Shown here piece after piece: positions 44,603 through 56,500 of a stretch of 64,000 bases of DNA; the stretch's first letter is position 1; every line of letters begins with the position of its first letter. The position numbers and the translations under genes are program-made. Under the pieces are notes generated by a model. The model had not been told where the DNA came from. It searched no databases and worked only from the letters and a program-made list of their open reading frames with translations. This stretch comes from a virus (taxonomy: Duplodnaviria > Caudoviricetes), in the IMG/VR virus record IMGVR_UViG_3300044707_000321, positions 635 to 64,634 of that record; one strand, given 5' to 3'.

Positions 44603-45638
44603 TGGCTTGAGGAATTGAGTTATACTTAATAAATGGTATCTGGCGTACCCTTAGATGTCCGGCAGTTTCCTCGCAATCCGGCACAAAATAAGGCTCCCAA
44701 GCAAACAAGTTGCCTTTGGGATCTTTTTTAACGTGATAGGCCGGAACACCTACAACTAAACCAATCTTAATCCCTGCCGGATACCATTTGTTCCAGCAAA
44801 GGAAAAGGTCTTGAGTGCCGTGTCCGGCATACCCAACAAAGTTACTCAACATCAGTGCCTTCTTTGAGAGAAGAGTGCAACCATGCCCACACCAGTCAGT
44901 AGGCAGAACCGCACCCTGAACGGCAGATCCGGCGTAAGCCTGATCCAACCACCCTCGCTTTCTCCATTTTTTCGCATTCAAGGCAAATACGTTCGCTTTT
45001 GGTGGGGATTCCTTAAGTTTCTTATGCAAATCATCCATCTCCTTGATCATCTCCTTGGGCGGATTCTTTCTTTTTAAGGCGTAGGCATTCAACTTCTTAG
45101 ACATCGCCTTAATCTTTTTGGATAACTCCAGTCCGCCCACTTTTTCGCTAGGCAAGTAATCTTCGGCAATCTGGTTATACGGAGTACCCCTGCCACATAA
45201 AAATGATCCGTTGAAGTATGTCGAACACGTTACCTCGTATCGTGGCGATGACGGATAATTAAGTGCCCATATCAGGGAATCTAACGAATCAGGATGAACA
45301 ATTACGTCTGATTCAACAATCCAGCATAAGTCATAGTTTCCTTCTCTAGCCATCTCGAAGCCATTACCTAGTAGCTGTGCAATAATTATTTGGGCTTTTT
45401 CCTTGTAAGGAATTGCTCCGGAATCGCATACATCAATAGCGACTTCCTTGACATTTAGATTTCCCAGTCTTGTTAGTGTCCTTATCTTTTCCATTACGGA
45501 TGAGCTTTTATCAGTGCAAAGATATAGATCCGCACTCCTGCCTTTCAGGGCTACTGATATTGCCGTAATACATTCCTCGATGGCATACGAGTAGGAGGAT
45601 GTGCATGGAAGAACAATGCAGATATTTCCGGTTGTCAT
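44574..45638 (-). CDS. GT-A fold glycosyltransferase
   Basis: N-terminal ICIVLP, WIVESDV (DxD-like), TDWCGHGCTLLS, QDLF, HVK. Confidence 0.65.
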   Translation of the reverse strand: MTTGNICIVLPCTSSYSYAIEECITAISVALKGRSADLYLCTDKSSSVMEKIRTLTRLGNLNVKEVAIDVCDSGAIPYKEKAQIIIAQLLGNGFEMAREGNYDLCWIVESDVIVHPDSLDSLIWALNYPSSPRYEVTCSTYFNGSFLCGRGTPYNQIAEDYLPSEKVGGLELSKKIKAMSKKLNAYALKRKNPPKEMIKEMDDLHKKLKESPPKANVFALNAKKWRKRGWLDQAYAGSAVQGAVLPTDWCGHGCTLLSKKALMLSNFVGYAGHGTQDLFLCWNKWYPAGIKIGLVVGVPAYHVKKDPKGNLFAWEPYFVPDCEETAGHLRVRQIPFIKYNSIPQANEPVPKDAS

Positions 45639-47573
45639 TTAGAGGGCATTCCCTTTATAATGTGGTCTGCCAAACACAAGATATTCGCTTGCCGGTGCAA
45701 CACCGATCGGGACATAGCTATTTTTAATGGTGATATTAAGATCTTTTGATCCGCTTATTTTGCCTTCTTGTTTGTATGTAGCCCTTTCTTGGCATGGCCC
45801 GATGGTTGGCAATGTTGCACCAAAGTTAGGATTTATTCCAAGGTATGTAGTGCCCGTATTCTCAAAGTTCTTTGTTTCCTGAAGTTTCAATTCAAGGGTA
45901 CTCCTGCTTCCTTCCGGACTTCTCATCTTCGTTGTTACCGATACTTTGGTGTTGTTGATTGTACTCGCAGTTTGGAACTTTTGACGGTTAGCGAAGTTCA
46001 GGATATCAATGCACGTAGCATCCCAACATCTGAAAGTATTTGCATCAATTTCTTCTCGTAAGACTAGATTTGCGTCAAATGCTCTATTTTTGGGGTCTGT
46101 GAAATAATACCCGACTCTGTCATGTATATATTCTTGCGCTAGGTATCCAACAGGAGTTTTATAGGTATTGTAATGATCAATCTGCTCGTTACCACCTCTT
46201 GTTTCGCCCAAGGTTTGTCCATTAAAGCCAGAATAGGAAGCTGTTTGCTTAAATTTTTGTGTTCCTCCAGCTATTTTATAACCATACGGATAAACAGATC
46301 CAGTCGTCTGCATGGTACCACCGTATGAGTTTGTCGTTGGCACTACACCCGTCACTGACAAATCTATACAAGTACCCGATGCTGTAGTTGTTTTCCAATA
46401 TCCACTTTCGTAAGTTTCTAATTTTGTTGTTATTGTTGGCTTCTCATCATCATAGTCCCGATAAGGATAAGATCTCCTACCATTCCGAGTTGTGTAGGAA
46501 ATACCTGTTAGCGTTATCTTTCTCGTTGCGTCCACAAGATTTGTGATTGATAACTGCCCCTGAACTGTCATAATTCGGCTTGTTTTTCTTGCAATCGGCG
46601 TATGGCTAATAACTGCAGTTCTTACGCTTGAATCGTCTTGAGTTATTGGATTTGTAACACCGAATATATTGAATGGAACCCTGCCTCTATGTCCAATGAG
46701 GAAATCTTCTCTCATACTAAACTCAGCAACAGAGTATTCTAAAGTTTGAAACCCGTGAAAACCACCAGCAACAACTACAAAATTTTGTGGCTTAGTCTTG
46801 CAATTTGAGATATCTGGCGCAATTATAGTCGTATTAACTACAGCCGAAGTGCTTACCATTTTGTTATTTTTTACCGTATATCCGTTGGCTTTTGTTGTTG
46901 TTGAATATGTGGGTATGCCACTGTAGTACCCCGTAACGTAATAAGTTCCAGAACCCGTGCTGGATTCAGTATTATAGTTCACTTGAGTACCCGCTTTTAC
47001 AGAGTTAGTCGCTCCATAACTTCTCATATATTTTTCTTTCGGCCATTCAATCTGACTCCAGTTCTCATTTTGCGTAGCCGTATTCCCGTATGCAATCATT
47101 CCACCTTCACTTTTGACTAAATCATTCGGTGCGTCCCATCTGTAGGAACTTAAGTACCTCGCTTGATAGCGTAATTTTGAACCTTTTCCAACCGTAACTT
47201 CCCACTGTTGGCTGGTTTGACCATTTGCGCCAGCCTGATTATTCCGTGGACGGCTATCTGGTTCTTCAAGGAAAGGCCAAGGCATAAAATAAATGCCATT
47301 GCCTACCTCACTCATTGATACCGACTGTGCGTATCCTCCTGTTAGTTGTGCGCCCACCAATTTATCTACTTTTTGTGGAGGCATTTGAGACGATGCCCCA
47401 CCTCCTCCTTCGCCACGGTTTGTTTGACCCCTATCGTAACCTTCGACCTTTATACCATTCCAATAAAAAACAATATCACCACTCTTATTCGATGAATTAT
47501 TTATTTTATTATTTACATAATTTGTACTAACTTGATCATGATAAAACTTTATCGGCCAAATTGTGAATGCCAT
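45639..47573 (-). CDS. Thr/Gly/Tyr-rich hypothetical protein, probably virion-associated (644 aa)
   Basis: Long beta-rich ORF between portal and scaffold; AT-richer than the core genes. Confidence 0.6.
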   Translation of the reverse strand: MAFTIWPIKFYHDQVSTNYVNNKINNSSNKSGDIVFYWNGIKVEGYDRGQTNRGEGGGGASSQMPPQKVDKLVGAQLTGGYAQSVSMSEVGNGIYFMPWPFLEEPDSRPRNNQAGANGQTSQQWEVTVGKGSKLRYQARYLSSYRWDAPNDLVKSEGGMIAYGNTATQNENWSQIEWPKEKYMRSYGATNSVKAGTQVNYNTESSTGSGTYYVTGYYSGIPTYSTTTKANGYTVKNNKMVSTSAVVNTTIIAPDISNCKTKPQNFVVVAGGFHGFQTLEYSVAEFSMREDFLIGHRGRVPFNIFGVTNPITQDDSSVRTAVISHTPIARKTSRIMTVQGQLSITNLVDATRKITLTGISYTTRNGRRSYPYRDYDDEKPTITTKLETYESGYWKTTTASGTCIDLSVTGVVPTTNSYGGTMQTTGSVYPYGYKIAGGTQKFKQTASYSGFNGQTLGETRGGNEQIDHYNTYKTPVGYLAQEYIHDRVGYYFTDPKNRAFDANLVLREEIDANTFRCWDATCIDILNFANRQKFQTASTINNTKVSVTTKMRSPEGSRSTLELKLQETKNFENTGTTYLGINPNFGATLPTIGPCQERATYKQEGKISGSKDLNITIKNSYVPIGVAPASEYLVFGRPHYKGNAL

Positions 47574-47575
47574 AC

Positions 47576-48136
47576 TTACCCTTCGTACCCCCAGCTAAAG
47601 ATATATGATGGGGGGTAGGTCAGTCCACAATTTGTAAATGTTACATACGCAGTAATACTTCCTAGTACTAATCGAGATGGGATTTTATTTTGTATTCTAA
47701 CCAGTGATACATAGACCTTTGTTGGCGCACTTCCCGTGCTTGCCTCTTGCGACTTGCCAAGAGGCGGGCCTTCTATCAATTCTGCTGATGTCACTACACC
47801 ATTTGAAGTGTTTCCTTGGCATATAATTGTGCAGTTCTCATTATTAGTCCCAAATTCAAATAGATTGCTAGGAATAATTCCATTTATAGCTCCTGCGGTA
47901 ACACCTATGCCAGTTGATCTTGTTGTGATAGAAAACGGTGGCAATAAAGCACTGTCTGATCTGCCGAATGCAAACCTCTTGTTTGGAGACTTGTAAGATC
48001 CGTCCTCCCCTGAAAATACTCTCGGCCTAGTGTTCTTTAATAGGAACGCAGACCTCTCTACCTCTTGCCGTTGCCGTTGAAGATCTTGCCGTTGCCGTTG
48101 AAGATCATCTTGGATTCTCCGGATGTCATCCCTCAT
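47576..48136 (-). CDS. Hypothetical protein (N-terminal coiled coil, beta C-terminus)
   Basis: 21-bp duplication encoding DLQRQRQ twice; PF.I...V.AG.ING..P motif of tail-associated proteins. Confidence 0.6.
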   Translation of the reverse strand: MRDDIRRIQDDLQRQRQDLQRQRQEVERSAFLLKNTRPRVFSGEDGSYKSPNKRFAFGRSDSALLPPFSITTRSTGIGVTAGAINGIIPSNLFEFGTNNENCTIICQGNTSNGVVTSAELIEGPPLGKSQEASTGSAPTKVYVSLVRIQNKIPSRLVLGSITAYVTFTNCGLTYPPSYIFSWGYEG

Positions 48137-48414
48137 TTCTTTACCTCGGATTGAAGTACTCTCATCGCAGATGCCTCGTCCTCATCCATCATGCGAGACA
48201 ATGCTTTAAGTTGCCGGTACTTCTCTAGGTTAATCATGACGGTGTTCTGGTCTTTTTCCTCGTCCAAAATCCCTTGTGCCAGTCCTGCCGTAATTCCACC
48301 TAGACGCCTTACCCAGTAACGTTGAAACGACTGGTTTTGTCGAAGTGCCTTAATGTCGGCTATCGTTTCCTGCGCTACTGTTATCGACCGATCCCGTGCC
48401 TCGTTCTTATCCAT
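48133..48414 (-). CDS. Small helical protein downstream of the portal
   Basis: 93 aa; typical position after podoviral portals. Confidence 0.65.
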   Translation of the reverse strand: MDKNEARDRSITVAQETIADIKALRQNQSFQRYWVRRLGGITAGLAQGILDEEKDQNTVMINLEKYRQLKALSRMMDEDEASAMRVLQSEVKK

Positions 48415-50509
48415 TGGGAGTTTGTGGCACTTGGGAAGGATCTAAGGGGGTTATGATCGTTTCCGCATCAGCAATTTGAAGGGCTTTTAGCATTTGAATG
48501 TAAAGGCTTGCTACCTTCTGCTGAATCACCGGCGGATATGCGTAGAATTGCTGAACTAAGTTAGCCCCTTGGGTGGAAGATTGTAGGATCTGCTCGCCAC
48601 GATACCGTGTCAGAAGCAGTCGAACATCCATATCAAGGTTAGCAACCTCCTCCGGCGTAATGGATCCGATTTGAGCCTTGTCTCCTTCCAGATAAGTGAA
48701 CACCTCTTTGGAGTCCATATTTCTGAAAATCAGTTTAACTAAGCGGTCTAAGACTAGCTGAACACCTTGTTCCAAGTGAGATAGGTACAAGGCAAACATC
48801 TCCTGACCTGATTTCTCAATGTTACGTATGCCAGTGGCTAGCTTGGCCGGCTCAAGTCCTGCAAACTGCTGATCTCCGGCATTTACTACCCCTGATTCGA
48901 GTTGCACAACCTGAAGGAAGAACTCAACCATCTTAAATAGGTATTCGCTCTTAACTTCAGGAAGGGCCACGTACTCAAGGGCATCTTTAGGAGTTTTGCC
49001 GTGTGCCAGCGTGTAAGTACCACCATTGTTTAGAACAAGGTGGGGATTGGATCTTCCCTCAAGTGTGGCGTCTGGTTGCCAGAACGTAACACGTCCGGAT
49101 CCTCCCTGTGCGAAAGAGATCCGGTTAATCGTCAAATCGACAAAGTTTTGGCTAGGCTCAAACATTTCAACTGACCCGATCCCATACCAACGACCGTCCA
49201 CCGGATTGCACCGGATGATTGTAAATGGACGCCTACCATCAGGGGTAAGGTTTGCCGTATAGTCATAGAACAATGCTCGACGATTCTTAACATCAACTAG
49301 AACCATGATTTCCTCAAGGATCCCGTCTCCGTCTGCGTCGTAAGTCATATAAACTTCAGCAACCTCAACCAGAGGATTCTCAGTGTTAGGGGCTTGGGTT
49401 GTCTCCCCACGCTCGGTCTTAGCCTGACTAATACCGGCTTTAGGTGTTCCGGATTCACCGGCAAGCGACCTGATTAGCTCAATAGCACTCTTTGTTGCTA
49501 GTACGCTTTGCTCTGTGGACATGTCCAATAGGTTTTTGCGTTGGTATAGATCCGATAGCGTTGCTACCGGAACATCATAAAAGTGGGCTACAATATCTGC
49601 TTCATCTACTGATGGGGCATTCAAAGGACAGATAAAGTCCTTAAAATAAACAAGTCCGACATCAGGCCCACGCATAATAGTAGCCTTACGGGTAATAATC
49701 TTTTCCTCATAGATCGGTGTTGCCGGCATTTCTGTAACGCCGTCTCTGCGTAATACAGTCTGCATGCCCACCGGATTGCCGGCTTCATCTGAAATTATCT
49801 TTGTATCAAAAGCGTCAGTCTCAAGGATGTAATCACCGTCCTGAGCTAGAATATCTTTACCGGTTGGATCTACCAATACCTTAGCCAAACTCCTGTAAAT
49901 CTGTTCCTTGGATGCGTGAGTGGTCTTTACAATACATTCACCCCGCATGAAGGCTAATTCTACGGCCATCTGAAGTTTTGTTGCCGTGTCGGATTTGTCT
50001 AGTTTCCAACGAACATAATGCTCAACGCCATGCGCCTTTTCTGCGTCGCTTGCTCCCTGCGGGTAGGCCGAGAACCACGGATCCGTGCTGAAGAAGTAGT
50101 TGTTTGCTCTAGCAACCATCTGACGGGCAATTCGGCGGGTGATCGGTACGGTCAAGTTACTATCCTCAAAGATCCCGCCCAGCGAGGCAGGACGCCAATC
50201 GACCTGATTGTGATACATGAGTTCGAATAGCTCCCTGCGCCCCATAAAAGAGGCAGATCCCCTCGCTACCTCACTTGTGCGATACCATCCGGTTCCTCGA
50301 ACGATGTTTCGACCACTCTCCTGCTCAAGAGCAGTAAGTCGGTTTAGAATATGATTTACGAGTCGATCTTCCTGCTCTGCCGACAACGAATAAGCCGTTG
50401 GGAAAGGCACTTTTTGAGCCTGACCGGATAGTGGTGACGCCGGATCTGCCCCAGCGACTTTAATTGATTCGTCCGTTTTATCTAAGAATTGTTCGATTTG
50501 TTCTGCCAT
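48407..50509 (-). CDS. Portal protein
   Basis: 700 aa; EVY..YDADGDG..EE...RPF...P...RWYG.G..E...Q...N; AGGAG SD. Confidence 0.88.
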   Translation of the reverse strand: MAEQIEQFLDKTDESIKVAGADPASPLSGQAQKVPFPTAYSLSAEQEDRLVNHILNRLTALEQESGRNIVRGTGWYRTSEVARGSASFMGRRELFELMYHNQVDWRPASLGGIFEDSNLTVPITRRIARQMVARANNYFFSTDPWFSAYPQGASDAEKAHGVEHYVRWKLDKSDTATKLQMAVELAFMRGECIVKTTHASKEQIYRSLAKVLVDPTGKDILAQDGDYILETDAFDTKIISDEAGNPVGMQTVLRRDGVTEMPATPIYEEKIITRKATIMRGPDVGLVYFKDFICPLNAPSVDEADIVAHFYDVPVATLSDLYQRKNLLDMSTEQSVLATKSAIELIRSLAGESGTPKAGISQAKTERGETTQAPNTENPLVEVAEVYMTYDADGDGILEEIMVLVDVKNRRALFYDYTANLTPDGRRPFTIIRCNPVDGRWYGIGSVEMFEPSQNFVDLTINRISFAQGGSGRVTFWQPDATLEGRSNPHLVLNNGGTYTLAHGKTPKDALEYVALPEVKSEYLFKMVEFFLQVVQLESGVVNAGDQQFAGLEPAKLATGIRNIEKSGQEMFALYLSHLEQGVQLVLDRLVKLIFRNMDSKEVFTYLEGDKAQIGSITPEEVANLDMDVRLLLTRYRGEQILQSSTQGANLVQQFYAYPPVIQQKVASLYIQMLKALQIADAETIITPLDPSQVPQTPNG

Positions 50510-50550
50510 AAAGATCTACTCCTATACCTTGTTGTTGTTTCGCCGACAAG

Positions 50551-53500
50551 CTATTCCTTCAGTAAATCTTTTAACGGGATTCCGAACTGCTCTCTTCTTG
50601 CGTCGGTTCTAGCCTTCTGGATTGCGCTAGAGATTTTGTCCTTTGCCTCAGGGGTTTGTCCCATGCCTAACAATGGAGCTACGGCCATCTTCGCCTTTTC
50701 ACCAGCAGACTTGGTAAATCTGCTATACTGTTCAGGAGTCATCTTCTTGTCGTTGCCTGTCAGCGTCTTGTACGATGCCGTTGGCCTAGATACATAGAAC
50801 GGATCGGAAGGATTATTGCGGTTATACTTCATCATGAACTGGTCAAGTTTTGAAGGCTCAGGCGCATCCTCGAAAGTAATTGGACTGATTGCCCTGATAA
50901 GTGCGTTTCCACGCTTCTTAATCTCGACTCCCTCAGGAGTCCTTAGCGGGGGAGGCGCAAGCATTGGAGCAGGGAGAACGGAGTAGGCTATCCCCTTTAG
51001 GGTGTCTTTTCCGGTCTTGGTGTCCCGCACGTAAGGATCCATCTCTCTGAGGGGTTGGCGAATAAGATTGGGAACAAGTACTGTACCAAGTTGTCCTGCT
51101 GTCCATGTCCCAACGTTGTTCTGTCCGTTGAGGAGGTTGCCAAGATCATCCATCCCCCTCATGTATGTCTTACTTTCAACCGCTTGCATTAAGTAGGACT
51201 GGAACATCGCCAATACTTCTGCCGGCGGGAGTCCTTGCTGGCCCTTCTTGATTGCCCGAATCATATCCACGGTAGTACCTAGAGCAGTGGCAAGCGGATC
51301 GATGCGAGCGTAGCTAAACTGCTTGGATCCGACCCGAATCGTCATGGCTGGGAGAGTCCTGTTGGCTAGATCCCTCTCCCCTTGTCCGGTCAGCTTGGAA
51401 GGTTTAGATCCTGAGATTACGATGTATTTGTCATCGTCGTCATCGTCTCCCTCGACCATTCCCCATATCACGGCAGTCACCATGGATGAAACCAGTTGAT
51501 TCGAGATGTTCTCAATTACTTCGGGTTTCATGTCTGAGGATAAGCTGATCCCATCCTTGTCGAACCTTATGCCTCTTCCGATAGAGATCAGGGTGTCCGG
51601 AAGTCCTAGTGGGCTTTTCTTAACTCCCTCTTTCAAGAGGTTAAATGGTGTCCGAATGAATGGGAAAATTAGCTGGAAGGGCCGGAGTAGCATGCGACCA
51701 ACCTCTGACTCTGGACGGGCCTTCACGAACTTGTTGAGCGCACGGGCAGAAGCCCCGACAACATCCATAACGTTCTTTGATTCCCCGATGGTTGGAAGCT
51801 CGGTTTGGAAGGTGTACGCATACGCTTTCTCCGATGCCTTAATCCAAGCATCGCTCCCTGCCGTATTCACTTGCTCCCTAATAAACCTTTCCATCTCCTG
51901 ACCGGTAAGCCCGTTTGCCTTGCCCATCCGGTAGGCTTGTGCGCCAACCTCCATTTGTGCCGTCATTGTCTTTACAAAATCGTCAGTCGCCAAAAGAAGC
52001 CGGCTTGGGATTCGTATGAATCTGCCTTTTGCACCAGAAATACTTACTCCCCTTGTAGTAACGCCACCCTGCCTATCAAGTTCACCCAAGAGTTTGATCG
52101 GTTGATCCAGAATGTCCTCTTCAAAGAAGCCTGATTCGGTGTACCAAGTGGCAACCGCATTTGACCATGCCCTACTGATGGCCGGAGAGATACCCGCTAC
52201 CAAGGGCTTGAACTCACCGAAAGAAGCAGATTTAGGATCGTTGAAAGCTAGGTTCACCATAGACTGAATGCCTCTTCCGACTGTCATTTCATAGACCGAA
52301 AACGGCCCTGAAGATAAGTTGGCGATGAATGTCTTGGCTCCCGATAGGATCGAATTAACCCACATTTCAACCAGAATGTCGTCCATTGATGATTCTACTG
52401 TCTGGATCGCTCTTGCCACACGCTTGACCTGAATTGCATCCGTAATATCGAAAGTGTATCCATCTTCAGTAAGTTCTGGACGTGGGAAGTTTGGCCCAGC
52501 GGGAGCGACCTTAGCCCTGCGACGCTTAAACATGTTGGGTTTGGTGTATGCGTCATCTAGCCCCATGGCCGAAAGGATCCGGTCTGCTTGACGCAAGGCA
52601 TCGGCCTCAGAAACGTTTTGATTCCCGTAGGATGCGCTTGCGCCTAGCTCTTCCGTTGCCAAGTCCTCGACTGTTGCCCCACGACGGGTCTTAGGCATGA
52701 GTTTTTGGCGAATCTCTTCCGCTACGGACTGCCTGAGTGCTTCGATTTCCTCGGCCTTGAGTCCGGTGATTCGCTTGATCTTCGAAACGTCGTTCCTCTG
52801 TTGGATCATCCGAATTGCCTTAACTTCCCTTGGGTTAAGCCCCTTTAAGGTGTTGTCAATCATGCTGGATGTCTTGAGTGAAACTTGAACTTCACCGGAG
52901 AAGAGATCGGCGAGCGTAACCCCCCATTTACCAAGGGCAGTTTCAATCTTGGCTAGCCTCTTGGCAGTTTCACTTTGGAGAATGTCGTTCGAATCTGGTT
53001 CTTTCCGAACCCTCTTTAGTTCCTCTTCCGTAGTCGGATTCGATTCGTTTAGGAGTTGGGCCTCAAGCTGTTGGATCCTCCGGCTTTTCTCGGCAGGAGA
53101 GATGGCATACTTAATCTTTCGCTCGATTTCTTTCGTCGGGTTAAAGATTAAGTCTGTCAGGAATGCTTTGTGTCGTTCTGCCGGTGTCTTGTAGTCGTCG
53201 ATTCTGGCCCTGAGTGATCTTGCGACCTCTGATCCGGTCTGCCGGTAGGCGTAGGCCAAGATAGAAGCCTCTCGTTGAGCCTTCTCGTCGCCCGAAGTCA
53301 TAGCCCTACGTGCCAGCTTTTCAACAAGCAACTTGGCGGATCGCACCTCTACGTCGGTAGGCAGTCCGGCTTGAGATGGATCCACTGCCCTTTCGAGCAA
53401 CATGCGCTTTACGCCTTCCTCGTCGTTTGCGAGTAGCGCACGGGCCTCGGCCATCACGATAACGTCAGGCCGGCGTTGCAGGATGTCTTTTCGGGCCTCA

Positions 53501-56500
53501 TCCACCGCATTCACTAGGTTACGCCCCATGCCCTTAGCGGGGTTGGCTAGCGTTGGGTTTCCTGTGATTTTGAATCTGTTGCGTTCGTTATCTGCCTTGT
53601 TGATTAGCTCATTCGTTTCAGGCAACTCTTTACCTAGATAATCCATGTACTCTTCAACGGCATCCATGTCAGGATTCCGAGTGGGTGAGAAAAGTGATTC
53701 CATGGGTTTGAACCCTTCGTGGATCTCTCTTTGGGGATTTCTTACGCCCATAGCACTCATAATCGCCTGAGTTTTGTTCGGGAAAACCGAATGCGAAGTG
53801 GGTGTTATGCTTTGGCCGTCGGGGGTAATTACGGTTGTTGGGGATACAATCGCACCAAGAATACCATAACTGCTTGTGTATCTGGTTATCCGATATGCCG
53901 TGTTCCTGAAATCCGTAAGTGGAACTTGTTTGTAATTAAAATCATTTACTCCAACTTTATCTTCAGGATTTATAATTGCTTTCGATACAAGAAGTTTTTC
54001 GCCCTCATCGTTCTCAAATGCAATCACTCGATTATTCTCGTTCTGCTCAAGTACCTTGTAGGCTTCTTTAACTTTCTTGTTATTTTCTATCCTGATGTCC
54101 TCCATAATAGAATTGTTTTGGGCTATCTTACCAAACTTCTCAAACGACCACTTAAGATCGGGATATTTATCTAGGCTTTTATCTGTTTGGATCTGCCCCT
54201 TAGCCACATTATCCAAGGACGTCTTAGACGCTAGATACTCGGCAAGTGCTTCTATTACAAACTTTTTGCCTTCCTCTGAAATATCTCCTTTTCCGGTTTG
54301 GTCTTTTTCCGCAACTTCCATCATCGATTTCATGAATCCTAATTCAAACTGCTCTGCCTCATATCTTTTGTTGTTCGGAAGTCTAAACTTTGACTTGGAT
54401 TGTCTTGTTGAAGATCCAAGCATTTGCATCTCATCGTCCTGAATTGGATGAGCCTGTCTCCAAGCCTTTGCACTATCTAGGAACTCATCGATTCTTTCCG
54501 TAGCAAACTGATCTAAGGTCAATCCCCTGCTACGGGCCAATTCGGTAAGATACTCAGCCTGAGCCTGTTCCTCTTCCCTTGTAATTGCCCTAAGGGGAGA
54601 ATTGAGCCTAGAGATAATCTCCCGTGTGGATCCTGAAATAAGATCCTTAGTTTCCTCGATCCCTACCTTTGCCAACCTTTTCCGGAGTACTGAAAGGGCG
54701 TTGTTGAGCATCGTCAAAGCGTATTGTCGGGAAATCCCCATCTTTTCTGCGATTTGTGAGACTCCCTCCCCATTCATGTATGCCGATACAACCGTCCGTG
54801 GGCGAACCGGCAGTCCGTCAATCATGGTCTGCATGAGTCTTTGTGCGTCGTTTGTGATAGCGGATTGCGACGGCAAGCTCTGGTTTTCGTCCGGAATGAT
54901 GCTACCCAACGGGGCCGTGCTTTCGCCGGACACCGGAGAGTCAATGTTCATGGATCTCATGGAGATCTCACGGGCCGTTGCCTCGTTCCTAGAGTAGTTC
55001 TTTTTAAGTGCGTTCCGGACTACTGCCTTTGCATATTTATCAAAATCACCGGCATTCGGATCGAATCCCTGCACTGCTTTGATGAGTGCGATCCGGCCAA
55101 TCTGAATAGCCTCGTCTAGCGATGTCTGCGGGGAAACGAACGACCTAGCGATAGGCTCGATTAGGTTCATCGCATCTTTGGAGAGTAGGCTTGCCTTACT
55201 TGGCGTAAGGGCGGGAGCGTTCAACTGCATTTGCTCCGCTTCTACCCTCTTTGTCTTACCCTTGTCCGTGTAATCCTCCATGATCTTGGCGTATTTAGCC
55301 CTAAGACCATCTAGCTCTTCCTTCCTTGGGAATGCCTTGGAGGATGCGATTGTCGCTGAATCTGCCGTCTCTTGGGCAGATTCCATGCCGTTAATAAACT
55401 GTTTCTCGTAACTCTTGAGGTTCTTAACGAGATCCCTCAATGCGCTAACCACGTATCCTGCGCTCTTTACCTTCGAACCTAATTCACGTCCATTGACCAT
55501 GACTCCGGTTTCAACCTTGAATGCCTTCTTGGGATCCGGTTCACCTAGAATCTCATCTACTGAAGCCGGCGAAAGTGTGATTTTTGTTCCGTTGTATGTG
55601 AACTCGCCAAGTGGTTTCTTTGCCTCTACGGATGCTGGGAATGATTTTCCGGTTTGGACGGCCTGATCCCTACGCTTATCAAAGTACTGTTGGATAGCGT
55701 CACGGATGTCGTTTTCTTTAGTCAATGCTACGCCTTCGATCATGGCCGTAGGCTCAGGCGTCCAGTTTGATACTTCGCTTAGGAACTCCCTTGTCTGGTT
55801 AAGCCTGTTTTCGTATGCCTTGACCTGAAGCTCGGCATTCTTGCCGGCCTGAATTGCATCGAATGAGGATTGAACCCATGCCCGTTCCTGATTTTCTAGC
55901 TCACGGATCTTTGTCTCTGTGTTAAACTTCTCAAGCCCCATTGGGCCGGACAAGATGGCCTTTTGCTCTGCTAGGCTGAGAAGCCCCGAATCATCCTCAA
56001 TGACACGACCGCTAATCTTTCCACTCAATGCCTGTTTAATGAATCTTTCCTTAAACTCTAGCTTCTGCCAAAGGGCCGAATCCAACGTATCCTTCATGCC
56101 GTACCGGTAGATTTCAACCGGTATGCCAAGCTCTGAGTGAATGTTGCCCTGACGGATTACCCGCCCGTCCCGTTGCTCCATCTCTGCCGGAGTCCAAGGC
56201 ACGTCCAAGTTATGTCCGGCAATCATCCGGCCTTGCATGTTCACGCCAGTTCCCAGCTTTTGCGTCGATCCAATAATGATGCGAACCGTTCCGTTGTTCA
56301 CCTTCTCAAATAACTGCTCTTTTGCTTGATCGGTCTTAAAATCGTTAATAACTGCAATCTCTTCAGGCTTTACTCCCTTTTTGATCAGCTTCTCTTTGAT
56401 GTCTGTATAAAGGTTGAATCCGCCCATGAATTCCGCTTCACGCTCTTCTTTTTCTTCCTCTTTTACACCAGAAATAAGATCCATTCCCGAATCTTCACTG

